A stretch of DNA of 64,000 nucleotides from an uncultured Gammaproteobacteria bacterium (GTDB lineage: Bacteria > Patescibacteriota > Patescibacteriia > UBA9934). Below the pieces are notes generated by a model. That model saw only the letters and a program-made list of their open reading frames with translations. It did no database searches and was not told the DNA's origin. The stretch lies in NCBI GenBank assembly GCA_964569575.1, contig CAZMTL010000004.1, positions 8,959 to 72,958 of the forward strand, in the 5' to 3' direction. A program made the translations under genes and the position numbers. Of this stretch, positions 22,649 to 32,876 are shown piece after piece. Positions within the stretch are counted from its first letter, which is position 1. Each line of letters begins with the position of its first letter.

Positions 22649-23170
22649 TTACAAATCAGTTTGAACTTCCGAAACCTTAGATTCTGCGTAATCAGCCAAC
22701 TTATCAGCCTTAATCTTCGCCTCTTGTTCCAAGAAAAACTTATTCACTCCCGGAATCAAACGAAGCCACGCGCGAATCAACTGCAATATTTTTGGAACAG
22801 AGATCTTTCCACTTGCAATCATGTCCCGCACCACCATCGCAATCTCTTCACCCTTCGCGCGAAAAACCGGTTTTTTCGATTCTGGTAATTCTCGATAAAT
22901 ATCTGCTAACCCATCCGAAAGCGCAGTCTCTAAATCGAGCAAAACCGGATCCTTCGGAACGACAAACGCCGCATGCTCTTCCTGAGCAAGCGATTCAGCA
23001 AGCTTCAAAGCCTCGGCTTCGTCACGCTGCTCTTCTTCGGTCAACATCTCCTGCTCAACTGGCTCTTGTTCCACTGCAACTTCTTTCGAAACTTCGGGCG
23101 AAGCCTGCATCTGATCGAGAAAATCCACCGATCGCGGTTGTTCAATTTTTGGTTCGGTTCCCATGCGCAC
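22649..23170 (-). CDS. hypothetical acidic protein
   Basis: ORF with no recognisable motifs, coupled by 4 nt to the VirD4-like gene. Confidence 0.45.
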   Translation of the reverse strand: MRMGTEPKIEQPRSVDFLDQMQASPEVSKEVAVEQEPVEQEMLTEEEQRDEAEALKLAESLAQEEHAAFVVPKDPVLLDLETALSDGLADIYRELPESKKPVFRAKGEEIAMVVRDMIASGKISVPKILQLIRAWLRLIPGVNKFFLEQEAKIKADKLADYAESKVSEVQTDL

Positions 23171-23193
23171 AGTATACCATGAACCAAAAATGA

Positions 23194-24585
23194 CTAACCC
23201 CCAATCGCACGTACTTTTACACCGTCCGCACCATCTTCCAAGACAAATCCCGCAGCTTCGATTTCATTACGCAACCGATCCGACTCCGACCACTCTTTTT
23301 TCGCTCGAGCCTTCTCGCGATCTTCGATCATTTTCTGCACCATTAACGGAACTTCCACCTGCTGACCAACATAACGCTCCAAATCTAATCCGAGCACACG
23401 ATCACACTGCAAAAGCGTTGCTGCTTTCGATTCCGAAGAAAGATGCTCGTCTTTCAAAATAGCCCACACCTGTGCCAACGCGCCCGGCATGTCTAAATCA
23501 TCATTCACGCGCTGCAAAAAAACCGCAAAACTCTCTTCATCTACCGCGCCTGGCATATCCAAATCTCGAGCCATATTACGCAAATGCACCAATGCATTCT
23601 GAGCCGCCTGAATCGATTCCCAAGTAAAATTCAACGCAGAACGATAATGCGCCGTAAACGTAAAATATCGATACGCCAACGGATCAATCCCTTTTTCCAT
23701 TAAATTGTCCACCGTATACGCATTTCCAAGAGATTTCGACATCTTACCGCCATCGATCAACAAAAACGCTCCGTGCAACCAATAATGCGCCAAATCATTT
23801 TCATAAGCTGCGCTCGTTTGAGCGATTTCGTTCTCGTGATGCACTGGCGCTAAATCGATTCCGCCGGTATGCACATCAAACGGCGCATCCAAGTACTGTT
23901 CCGACATCGCAGAACACTCAATATGCCAACCAGGAAACCCAACACCCCACGGCGAAGGCCATTCCATATCGCGCTTTTCATCTTTAGGCGAAAATTTCCA
24001 CAACGCAAAATCCGAAGCCTGCTTTTTCTGTGAATTGACTGCGACACGTGCTCCTGCCTCCTTTTCTTCTAGCTTTTGACCACCCAACTTTCCATAATCA
24101 GCTAAGCGAGATGTATCAAAATACACACCGTCGTCGATCGTGTACGTAAACCCCTTCTTTTCCAGCAATTGAATAAACTCAATTTGCTCCGCAATATGAT
24201 CGGTCGCACGCGGTAACTGAGCCGGTTGCAAAATATTCAACAAATGCAAGTCCTTCAAAAAAATATCGGTGTAGTACTGCGCAATTTCCCAAGCCGTCTT
24301 TCCTTCGCGCTTCATCGCCACAATCATCTTGTCCTCGCCTTCATCGACATCTCCCGTCAAATGACCAACATCCGTCACATTCATTACATGCTTCACTTCG
24401 TAACCATTTAACTGAAACATGCGCCGCAGCACGTCGGTAAAAATAAACGTACGAAAATTCCCAATCGTCGCCACGCTATAAACCGTAGGACCACATGCGT
24501 ACAAACCCACTTTTCCTTCGTGAATCGGCTTGAATACTTCTTTTTCTTTTGTAAGTGAATTTGTCAGATAAATCATATGCACCAA
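23194..24585 (-). CDS. cysS: cysteine--tRNA ligase
   Basis: HIGH-like motif (CGPTVYSVATIGNFR) and KMSKS motif. Confidence 0.95.
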   Translation of the reverse strand: MVHMIYLTNSLTKEKEVFKPIHEGKVGLYACGPTVYSVATIGNFRTFIFTDVLRRMFQLNGYEVKHVMNVTDVGHLTGDVDEGEDKMIVAMKREGKTAWEIAQYYTDIFLKDLHLLNILQPAQLPRATDHIAEQIEFIQLLEKKGFTYTIDDGVYFDTSRLADYGKLGGQKLEEKEAGARVAVNSQKKQASDFALWKFSPKDEKRDMEWPSPWGVGFPGWHIECSAMSEQYLDAPFDVHTGGIDLAPVHHENEIAQTSAAYENDLAHYWLHGAFLLIDGGKMSKSLGNAYTVDNLMEKGIDPLAYRYFTFTAHYRSALNFTWESIQAAQNALVHLRNMARDLDMPGAVDEESFAVFLQRVNDDLDMPGALAQVWAILKDEHLSSESKAATLLQCDRVLGLDLERYVGQQVEVPLMVQKMIEDREKARAKKEWSESDRLRNEIEAAGFVLEDGADGVKVRAIGG

Positions 24586-24615
24586 GAGTAACGGAACAAA
24601 AGGGAAAAAGAAAGT

Positions 24616-25113
24616 TTAATCATCCCCACGAATCAACAACCAAAATCCAATCGGCGCAACAACCCAGAAAATCGATCCTGGTTGAGAAATGAACAGTAAA
24701 TTTGTCAGTTCGGACAAATCAGCCTGGAACACGCCTCCAGAGAGCCGCGCTAAAATAACCACAAACAACCCGGCAGCTAATGTAGCAAACACGCCCGTTT
24801 CCCAAAGCGCAGGCACCATTGGTGATTCAAAAAAACCATTTCGAGTAAGAATAAAAAACGTGATCAAAAAGAACACCAAGAAATAACCACCCTCTAAAAA
24901 CCCCGACTCAACTCCAAACGTCGGCAATAACGAAAAGAGATCAGAAAAAAAGAAGATCGGAAAAGCTGAGATATAAATCGCTTTAATCGCCGTCACCACA
25001 TCTTCCTTGCCAAGCGTACAGAAATACAAAATAAACAAGATAAAAACCCCAAGAATCACCAGCAAATCAATCGAAAGTGTAAGGGAAGAGAAAAAAGAAA
25101 GAATAACTTGCAT
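24616..25113 (-). CDS. hypothetical polytopic membrane protein
   Basis: Hydrophobic helices and no motifs. Confidence 0.45.
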   Translation of the reverse strand: MQVILSFFSSLTLSIDLLVILGVFILFILYFCTLGKEDVVTAIKAIYISAFPIFFFSDLFSLLPTFGVESGFLEGGYFLVFFLITFFILTRNGFFESPMVPALWETGVFATLAAGLFVVILARLSGGVFQADLSELTNLLFISQPGSIFWVVAPIGFWLLIRGDD

Positions 25114-25116
25114 AGC

Positions 25117-26628
25117 TTAGGAACAATAATTTTGTACTTGATACGTATCGATCACCCGAGCACCGCGCACATCCATGCCCCAAACGGTCAATTCCGAGAT
25201 CAATTCATCACCAGAATACACCTCTGCTCCTACCATCATATCATCAAAACCAGACCAGGTAACCACATCCACTTTTACCGCCCTGCAATCACGCACATCC
25301 AGCAAAAACACCGCTTCATCAAAATCAGCATCCATATCATCTAACTCGAACGAAAGTTTAAATTGACGATCTCCAAGCACCTCCGCACGCACATATTCTG
25401 AAATCGTATGTCGACGCTGGCCCTGCGAATCTTCGATAAACAAATAAAAGGCGCTATTCTCGCATGTACGCGCACATGCCTGAGTTGAATCAAACACTTG
25501 CTCATCTGCTCGAACAGCATCTTGATCAGATAAAACATGAGTAACAAGCTCCGAACTTCCACCAGAACGATCAGGCGATTCGCTAGAAATCGATTCGGCC
25601 ATCTCGGGAACTTCGAAAGCAGCAACGCGATACACCAACGGAACAGCCGCTTCAACCGGCGCAATACCTAACTTCACCGTAGTGCCCCGCAACACCTCTT
25701 CACCATCATCAGAATAACGCAAAATACTGGTGATATGATCTGTCTGCGAAACAAATCCACGAGCGAACTTCACCCGCACATCGAGCAAAGCTTCTTCGCC
25801 TGGAGCAATCGAACCAATCATCCACTCACCAGTCGTATAATCATACTGACCAGCACTCGCCCGTCCGCCTAAATAATCCATTTTCGTCGAAATAGGCATT
25901 TGAACCGCAATCGAATCAACAGAAACAACCCCCGTATTTCGAACGGTCATTTTTAGCAAAAACTCTTCCTCGAGCGCGAATGCGTCGGCATCGATCAAAA
26001 GCTCGTGCTCCAATTTTGGCACTCCCGGCTCTACCCAAATATCATACACATTCAAAGAAGCACTGTCCGCAAACTGGTACCCCATTTCATCAGGATCGCC
26101 CTGAACACGTTGAATGACTCGAACGCACAAAGAAGAAATCTCCGAAGCCTCCACAGGAACACTCAACGTAAGTCGACCTTCTTGTTCAGAAAAAACGCCC
26201 ATATCAACCCACGCCCTACTTCCAGCATCCGAACACATAACATTGCCGGAAGCAGAATACTGAACAACAAACGAATCATCACCATTTACACCTTCGAAAA
26301 AACTCCCTATAAACGACAACGCATACAAATCCAAGTCGCTCTCCAAATCCGCAAAGTCATAAAAATAAGCAGCCGTCGCAGACTCACTCCCCGCAAAATA
26401 CATCTTCGCAAACGTCTTCTCGTCTCGAGGGCGATCAAAATCAAAAGCGGCTTCCGCACTATTCTCGCCTGTGGGAGGATGAACAACATTTGTATTCAAA
26501 CGTGTTTCGGTGGGTTTTGAATACTCACCGGCCGCACCAACCATGGTCATGCGCACAAGTAAAAACAAGCTCGTCAGTGCAAAAATCACGAACAAAACAA
26601 CAAGATGTGACGTTTGCACGGCTCGCAT
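25117..26628 (-). CDS. hypothetical secreted/membrane-anchored protein
   Basis: N-terminal TM/signal segment, 503 aa. Confidence 0.45.
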   Translation of the reverse strand: MRAVQTSHLVVLFVIFALTSLFLLVRMTMVGAAGEYSKPTETRLNTNVVHPPTGENSAEAAFDFDRPRDEKTFAKMYFAGSESATAAYFYDFADLESDLDLYALSFIGSFFEGVNGDDSFVVQYSASGNVMCSDAGSRAWVDMGVFSEQEGRLTLSVPVEASEISSLCVRVIQRVQGDPDEMGYQFADSASLNVYDIWVEPGVPKLEHELLIDADAFALEEEFLLKMTVRNTGVVSVDSIAVQMPISTKMDYLGGRASAGQYDYTTGEWMIGSIAPGEEALLDVRVKFARGFVSQTDHITSILRYSDDGEEVLRGTTVKLGIAPVEAAVPLVYRVAAFEVPEMAESISSESPDRSGGSSELVTHVLSDQDAVRADEQVFDSTQACARTCENSAFYLFIEDSQGQRRHTISEYVRAEVLGDRQFKLSFELDDMDADFDEAVFLLDVRDCRAVKVDVVTWSGFDDMMVGAEVYSGDELISELTVWGMDVRGARVIDTYQVQNYCS

Positions 26629-26629
26629 A

Positions 26630-27211
26630 TCAAAACCCCATGGTTAAATTGAATCCACCTGCCACCTCCTTCTCCTTCGGTTTAAAATCGATATTCACCA
26701 TTCGACGTTCACCCATTCGGTCATCGAACAAGATGTACCCTTTCTCCACCCCAAATTCAAACACATCCTTCGTTACCTTCACGTCCTGCATACAGTAATC
26801 AATCACATCCTGCACCTTCCCTTCCTTCCACCACTGCACCGCAAGCAAACCATGAGCACTCTTCTTCACCCCAATCGTTGCCGCCGCTACATCGTCCAAC
26901 TTAATACGGTACCCCAAATTTTTATAAATCTCGGCCAACATGTCGCACTGAGGCAATTTCAATAAATTTCCAGCGTAATACCGATTCATTACCGGCAAAT
27001 CGAAGCCAATTGTGTTATACCCAATGATACGATCACACGCTTCCAAGCGCTTACAAAGCGCCGGAACATCGGGCTCCAAAAAAGATTCCCACGTATCCGT
27101 TTCGTAAAAATAGGCACAGACAACCGAAACATTCAGCTTATCCGGAAAATACCCTCCAACATCGTCGAATGTGTTCGACGTTTCAATATCGAGAATGACA
27201 TCTTTATTCAT
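26630..27211 (-). CDS. DEDDy-type 3'-5' exonuclease domain protein
   Basis: Exo I (ILDIETS), Exo II (YNTIGFDLPV) and Exo III (YCMQDVKVT) motifs. Confidence 0.7.
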   Translation of the reverse strand: MNKDVILDIETSNTFDDVGGYFPDKLNVSVVCAYFYETDTWESFLEPDVPALCKRLEACDRIIGYNTIGFDLPVMNRYYAGNLLKLPQCDMLAEIYKNLGYRIKLDDVAAATIGVKKSAHGLLAVQWWKEGKVQDVIDYCMQDVKVTKDVFEFGVEKGYILFDDRMGERRMVNIDFKPKEKEVAGGFNLTMGF

Positions 27212-27232
27212 ACGCTCACAGTATACCAAATA

Positions 27233-27799
27233 TTAAGAATCAAATTTATACAAAAACGCCTTCCGACCGTCATCGTCCCACGTTTCTACCGGTTGAAGCT
27301 GTGGAAAAGGAAATCCTCTGGAAATACAGTGAGCTCCACGCAATTCAGCGACCAACTTCTTCTCTAGCCGAGCCATCATCGGCGGAAGTAAATACACGGC
27401 AATGACATCGCAAGCGACAAGCGGTTGATGAAAGATATTCGCTGTCTTCACCTCGATACAATGACTCAACCCAAGGATTCGTACCCGCAACCTGGAATAG
27501 ATCACAAGAATTGGATTGATTTCATATCCAACAGCCCGTTTCGCTCCAAATCGAACCGCCTCAATTAAAAACGTCCCCGTTCCCGAACCAATATCCACAA
27601 ACACATCCCCCCGCTTCAATCTGGATCGTTCGAGCAATAACGTTGCAAGTTCACTTGATGTTCCAACAAAAGGCGACCCAAACACAGCCGTCGCCCCAAA
27701 ACTCGCCAAGACAACCGCCGCAAAAAAACAAACAATCAACAAAGACGAAAGCACAACAAGTAAAAAAACCGACATATTACTCCGCCTGAAGCAATTCAC
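27233..27799 (-). CDS. small class I SAM-dependent methyltransferase
   Basis: Motif I VFVDIGSGTGTFLIE plus an acidic motif II, with an N-terminal TM segment. Confidence 0.7.
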   Translation of the reverse strand: MNCFRRSNMSVFLLVVLSSLLIVCFFAAVVLASFGATAVFGSPFVGTSSELATLLLERSRLKRGDVFVDIGSGTGTFLIEAVRFGAKRAVGYEINPILVIYSRLRVRILGLSHCIEVKTANIFHQPLVACDVIAVYLLPPMMARLEKKLVAELRGAHCISRGFPFPQLQPVETWDDDGRKAFLYKFDS

Positions 27800-28778
27800 G
27801 CGCCGTGTCCCACAACTGAGGACGATCGTTCTGCTTCAAAAAATACCACCACTCAATTCCCCACACATATACCTCATCAATACCTGTCGCCTGGGCAAAT
27901 CTAACATTTCGAGCGAACTCTTTTTCTGTAAACAATTGATACTTCGCTTCAAGCGTAAGCAACTCAGATGCTGGAGGAAACCATGGCTCTAATTGCAACT
28001 CAGAAATAATCGGCCGAGCTCCAAACTGATTCGCAAGCGCACCCTGAACCGCATACCAAAACGGTGGAATCGGAAACGTTGTATGGCCTAAAACAGGAAC
28101 ATACACTGTTCGATACAAACTTGCACCAATCACATCCAAAGGCTTCACACGTCCGGCCCAAATTGATTGCTCACCACTAACCGTTCCTTGAATCGGATGA
28201 GAAGAATCAAGTCCTCGAACCAACTCAATTTCGCGATAGTAACGCTCTGCATTTGGAGGCGGACATTCACCGAATGGAAAAAACGGTTCATTCTCGACCT
28301 GCCATCGCTCAAGAGCAGGATGTGCCTTATACCGCTCAACCGCCGTCTGCATGTACCCAAACAAGGCAGCCTCGCGCTCTTCCGGCGACAATTCCTCTGC
28401 CCATTCAGGAATAAAACACTCCGGCCAACGTGGCACCTTCAATCCAACCACTAGTGTTACACGCGCGTCATATTCAGCAGCACGATCCATCATCCAATCA
28501 ATCTCGCTAAAATCATACACTCCTCGCTCAGATTCAATTGAAGACCAATATAACGGAATGCGATAGTTTTGCTGATTCAAATCGGCGAGCGAAGCTTCAA
28601 ACGCTTCTTGCCAGTCGATTCCTAACTCCTTCGCATAAACCGTTGAAAACGTCACTCCATACGCTGGTTTCGGAAACGTCTTAAAGGAAAAAATAAACGA
28701 AGCCAAATAAAACAACACCAAAATCACGCAAACAATGCTGAGCAAACCCAAAATAATCTGTACAAACATGCGTTTCAT
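27777..28778 (-). CDS. membrane-anchored clan GH-A (GH5-like) glycoside hydrolase
   Basis: NEP catalytic-acid motif (WQVENEPF) in a TIM-barrel-like pattern, with an N-terminal TM segment. Confidence 0.6.
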   Translation of the reverse strand: MKRMFVQIILGLLSIVCVILVLFYLASFIFSFKTFPKPAYGVTFSTVYAKELGIDWQEAFEASLADLNQQNYRIPLYWSSIESERGVYDFSEIDWMMDRAAEYDARVTLVVGLKVPRWPECFIPEWAEELSPEEREAALFGYMQTAVERYKAHPALERWQVENEPFFPFGECPPPNAERYYREIELVRGLDSSHPIQGTVSGEQSIWAGRVKPLDVIGASLYRTVYVPVLGHTTFPIPPFWYAVQGALANQFGARPIISELQLEPWFPPASELLTLEAKYQLFTEKEFARNVRFAQATGIDEVYVWGIEWWYFLKQNDRPQLWDTARELLQAE

Positions 28779-28779
28779 G

Positions 28780-30369
28780 TTAGATCTCTTCTTTCTTTTC
28801 ACGAATATACCCAACCCACCCTTCAATAAACCGCACAACAACTTTGTACGGAGATTCGATAATGAAATCGAAGAAATAAATAAAGATATTGATTTTCGAA
28901 ACTCGCAACGACAACCAACGACCCGCATGGACAATTGGAAGCATGAAAGCATCAAAAATCGAACCAATCACACCTGCACGCGCTCCAGAAAGCACAACAT
29001 CTTTCGTCGAACTGCGGATACGAATACCGAAAAAGGTCACGAGCGAAAGGAAGAATAAGAATAAACTAATCGAAAGTACACTAAAATGCAGTTTTACAAG
29101 AAACAGAGCGATTGCACTGTACGTAAGTAAAAACATCATCGCATACGCAAAAGCAAAAAACTTTCCAAACGCACCGTAACCATCTCGCTTCAAACGAACA
29201 TTAATCAATTCATGATCTGTACCAACTCGCAAGGCGCGAACAGCCACCATATAATCTTCTTCATTGCGCTTTTCAGGAATCGTCGCAGTCGCGGCAATAA
29301 ACGCCAAGAAAATCGGATGGAAACAAATATTTACCAGCAACGGAAAGAAGTTCGTTTTATGTTCGCCATCTGTAAGCGCCGGGATAATCAGCAAATCATA
29401 CGGAACTTCTAGCAACAACGCTAAAAACATCTTGGTAATAAACAAGAATAGCACCGAACGCACAATGGTGCGCTGCAAACGCGTGCGGAATAATTTTGTA
29501 CGACGTTTTACCGCCTTCGCCACTTCACGATCGAGCAACTCGGGATCATTCAACGTTTTCACAAAATCATCACCAGTTTCAACAATCACATCACGAATAG
29601 CCCAAAACACACCCGAACGACGACGAAGTGCTAAACTTAACCGCTCCGTAACCGGACTCATGATCGCTTCATCAATCGCCTCCATCACCATACCCAAATG
29701 ACTCGATACTTCCTTGATACGCTCTGGCGAAGAACCACCTGGCCAATCAGGGTAATACAATGTAAGCACCCGGAAACGCAAAGTAGCCGTGTTCGATTTC
29801 AGCAATGTCTTGTGAATCGCAATATACAACTTTAAATCCTTCTCCTCTTCGGTCATCTCAATTTTAGGATCCCAAAAAATACGATCTCGCATTTCTTCGT
29901 ACATGAAGCTGACCAGTGCCTCTTCCTGATACGGCGGCGTAATCGCATATTCAACTTCAGTCGAAAGCACTTCCAAAACCCAATTAAAGGCCGCATCCTT
30001 GCGCACCTCGTGTTCATCAATCCAACGCAACAATGGTTCGTACTTCAAAAAAATAGGAAGCAGTTCCTTTGCAAAAGCAGCCGGAACCTCGCGATTCGGC
30101 AAATATTTCGCCCAAATCAATTCTCGCAGCAAGTTCTTGGACAATTCATCAATCGGAATATCAGAACCCAAGTACCGTTTCAAAATACGCAAAATAGCAT
30201 TTCGTCGAAGCAAATGCTCTTCCTGGTAATCCACCGCTGTACGAACTTTTTCGTAAAAACTAGCAGCCGTAGATGCCGGCGCCGTCACCTCGATCGTTTC
30301 CTGACCATTCGCGCCTCCCCTCGCAGGACGCAACAACGAACTCGCTAATTGTAAAATGCGTTCAGACAT
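28780..30369 (-). CDS. hypothetical membrane protein with large cytoplasmic N-domain
   Basis: 529-aa ORF with C-terminal TM helices. Confidence 0.45.
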   Translation of the reverse strand: MSERILQLASSLLRPARGGANGQETIEVTAPASTAASFYEKVRTAVDYQEEHLLRRNAILRILKRYLGSDIPIDELSKNLLRELIWAKYLPNREVPAAFAKELLPIFLKYEPLLRWIDEHEVRKDAAFNWVLEVLSTEVEYAITPPYQEEALVSFMYEEMRDRIFWDPKIEMTEEEKDLKLYIAIHKTLLKSNTATLRFRVLTLYYPDWPGGSSPERIKEVSSHLGMVMEAIDEAIMSPVTERLSLALRRRSGVFWAIRDVIVETGDDFVKTLNDPELLDREVAKAVKRRTKLFRTRLQRTIVRSVLFLFITKMFLALLLEVPYDLLIIPALTDGEHKTNFFPLLVNICFHPIFLAFIAATATIPEKRNEEDYMVAVRALRVGTDHELINVRLKRDGYGAFGKFFAFAYAMMFLLTYSAIALFLVKLHFSVLSISLFLFFLSLVTFFGIRIRSSTKDVVLSGARAGVIGSIFDAFMLPIVHAGRWLSLRVSKINIFIYFFDFIIESPYKVVVRFIEGWVGYIREKKEEI

Positions 30370-30372
30370 AGA

Positions 30373-31164
30373 TTAAAAAAACGTTCGTTCTTCGGTATGC
30401 CGAATAATTTCGTAAGCCTCTTCAGCTGTATCAACAATCTTGTACAGCTCCAAATCGTTGCGAGAAATCGTATCAAACTCAGCAAACATCACTTCTCGAA
30501 TAAATCCATCCAACGGCTCCCAGAAGGATTTTCCAACCAAAACCACAGGAATTGTTTCGGACTTCTCGGTTTGAATTAACGTCAAAATCTCAAACAACTC
30601 ATCCAATGTCCCGAACCCTCCCGGAAAATACACATATGCCTGCGCCGATGCAGCCAAAATAACCTTACGCGTGAAAAAATAATAAAACGCCTTCGAATCC
30701 TTCACATAAGGATTAATACGCTGCTCCATTGGTAATTGAATATTGAGCCCAACCGACTTCCCTCCCGCTTCATACGCTCCTTTATTTGCCGCTTCCATAA
30801 TTCCAGGACCACCACCTGTTACAACGGTAAATCCTCCACCGGCAAGCAATGCACCAAACTTCTCCGCTTCACGATACCATTTATTTGTTCCTGGAGTACG
30901 AGCCGAACCGAACACAGTTACTTCTCGTTTGATATTCGAAAGAAACTGAAATCCTTCCACAAATTCCGCCATAATGCGGAAAATACGCCAAGTCACGTCC
31001 GACATCCGAGGAGCCTCACCCGCTTTTGTAAGCGCCGCTTTTTCATCCGCACCAAGCGGAATACGACACGCAAGCGATTCATCTTGAGTAGGATTTTTTT
31101 TCGTTCCAAATATGTCCATAGTACACAAAGTATACCACGAATAAATTTCACTCACGACTACCAA
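30373..31164 (-). CDS. LOG family (TIGR00730) nucleotide-binding protein
   Basis: PGGFGTLDE motif and GGGPGIMEA. Confidence 0.85.
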   Translation of the reverse strand: MVVVSEIYSWYTLCTMDIFGTKKNPTQDESLACRIPLGADEKAALTKAGEAPRMSDVTWRIFRIMAEFVEGFQFLSNIKREVTVFGSARTPGTNKWYREAEKFGALLAGGGFTVVTGGGPGIMEAANKGAYEAGGKSVGLNIQLPMEQRINPYVKDSKAFYYFFTRKVILAASAQAYVYFPGGFGTLDELFEILTLIQTEKSETIPVVLVGKSFWEPLDGFIREVMFAEFDTISRNDLELYKIVDTAEEAYEIIRHTEERTFF

Positions 31165-32876
31165 CTTCCCCCTCCGCCACCACCGCCTCCGCCACCCGAA
31201 AATCCACCTCCACCCGAACCGCCGTTCGCCTGACTAAACGTAGACATGTTTTGAATAGACGTATTAACCGTAGAAAGATGATGCGTAATCGACAGGGCAT
31301 CAATATAACGATACTTCGCATTCAGCCATTCCGGCTTTTGCAGATCCATTCCATCAAACGTACGCGCCCAACGCTTTACTTGATTAAACGCAATCGCATA
31401 CGGAAGATACTTTTCGAAAATATATTGATCTTCTTGCCATTGCGATCGATAACGCTCCGCAGTGTGCATAAATAATTTGAATCCCCGAATATGTCGAGCA
31501 ATCTCGGCACCCTCTGACGTATAGCGCTTCATAAGTACCCCAAAAACAGCGCTGTAAATCGCCGCAACGACGTACAAAATACCAACTAATACAGCGCCAT
31601 TGCCCAAAAAGTAAAACGCAAAGAATCCGAAGATGAATGAACATCCACCAACTAAGATCACGCCATCAAACGAACCCTTAGTGAACCAACCCGATTCAAC
31701 AGCATGTTCTTGAATCGCCTTACTTATCTTGTACCCACGTGTATTCGAAGACATCGAAGTCTGAACCTCCTTCATTGTGCGTCGATCTTTCTTGCCAGGA
31801 AACAGCCCTTGCATCAATTCCCGATACGACTTTTCGAGCCCCGCCTCGGACTTCAATCGCGTAAACGCAATCGCAGGAATCGTCTTTCCAAATTTGGTCT
31901 TTTCAACCTTCTCTTCATCAATATCAATCTTCAAATATCCCTTCACTGCCAAATCCACAATCATTGCCCCAATAAAACGGCGTCTAAATCCACCAGTCAG
32001 TAAAAACCCAGCACTTACCGGACTCACATCCGCAGGTGGAGCAAATTCCGCCACCACCGTCTTTGTCTTTGGATCCTTTCCGAACACATACCAAGCCAAG
32101 AAGATGATCGGCATCGCGACAATCGGAATCAAACCAGCAACATTATCTCGCACAACATAAAACACCTTTTTCACAATAGACGGTTCTGTCACAACCCCTT
32201 TCGAAAAACCAACCGCAACCGTCAAATAATCATTCGCCGCAAACGCCAAGTCTCCATCCATCTCAACAATTTCACAATTCTGTTGAGTCGAACCGTACGA
32301 ACCCGTGTAGCAAGCGGTCTCGAAAATCTGAACACCGTCTGGCAACGTCACACGAGCCGTAGAAAGCGCGATCGGCACCTCCCAATCATTCCCTGTAATA
32401 TCCCAATAAAATTCATCCCTCTCATCAAAAAACAACACACCTCGCTCTACCCTGTAACGAATCACATATTCAACAGGGCCCGACACAAACAAGTCCGCAT
32501 CCCCAATTCGGTACCGTCTAAATCCACCTTCACGAGATTTTTTATACTCAGCCGGAACACCGTTTTGCAAAATCTCCTCCACCTGCACATTCATGCGCAT
32601 TTTAGAACCATACGAACCCCCGTAGACAATAGGAATATCGCGATAAATTCCATGCTTGTTAAAGCTAGAATTAAAATTGGTCAAAATACGTTCCGTGATC
32701 AAAATCTCTCCCGTTTCCAAGACTTCTATTTCCGAATCAAACGAATCAATCTGCCAACCATACAAATTATAAGAAGGAGCAAATTCCTCTAACTGCGCAT
32801 GTGCAGGCAAGCTAAAAAACAAACACAGAATACCGATAAGCGCTGCCCCCAACCAACGCAGATTAACGAAGGTAAG
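31158..32876 (-). CDS. DUF2207-family membrane protein with C-terminal poly-Gly tail
   Basis: Signal peptide, extracellular domain, TM helices, and a GGSGGGGFSGGGGGGGGGGSW C-terminus. Confidence 0.7.
   Translation of the reverse strand, partial: LTFVNLRWLGAALIGILCLFFSLPAHAQLEEFAPSYNLYGWQIDSFDSEIEVLETGEILITERILTNFNSSFNKHGIYRDIPIVYGGSYGSKMRMNVQVEEILQNGVPAEYKKSREGGFRRYRIGDADLFVSGPVEYVIRYRVERGVLFFDERDEFYWDITGNDWEVPIALSTARVTLPDGVQIFETACYTGSYGSTQQNCEIVEMDGDLAFAANDYLTVAVGFSKGVVTEPSIVKKVFYVVRDNVAGLIPIVAMPIIFLAWYVFGKDPKTKTVVAEFAPPADVSPVSAGFLLTGGFRRRFIGAMIVDLAVKGYLKIDIDEEKVEKTKFGKTIPAIAFTRLKSEAGLEKSYRELMQGLFPGKKDRRTMKEVQTSMSSNTRGYKISKAIQEHAVESGWFTKGSFDGVILVGGCSFIFGFFAFYFLGNGAVLVGILYVVAAIYSAVFGVLMKRYTSEGAEIARHIRGFKLFMHTAERYRSQWQEDQYIFEKYLPYAIAFNQVKRWARTFDGMDLQKPEWLNAKYRYIDALSITHHLSTVNTSIQNMSTFSQANGGSGGGGFSGGGGGGGGGGSW

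Noticed and set aside
30736-31233. 165-aa + strand ORF ending in a poly-Pro tract
   Set aside because: Antisense to the LOG and DUF2207 genes. The poly-Pro is simply the reverse complement of the DUF2207 poly-Gly codons.
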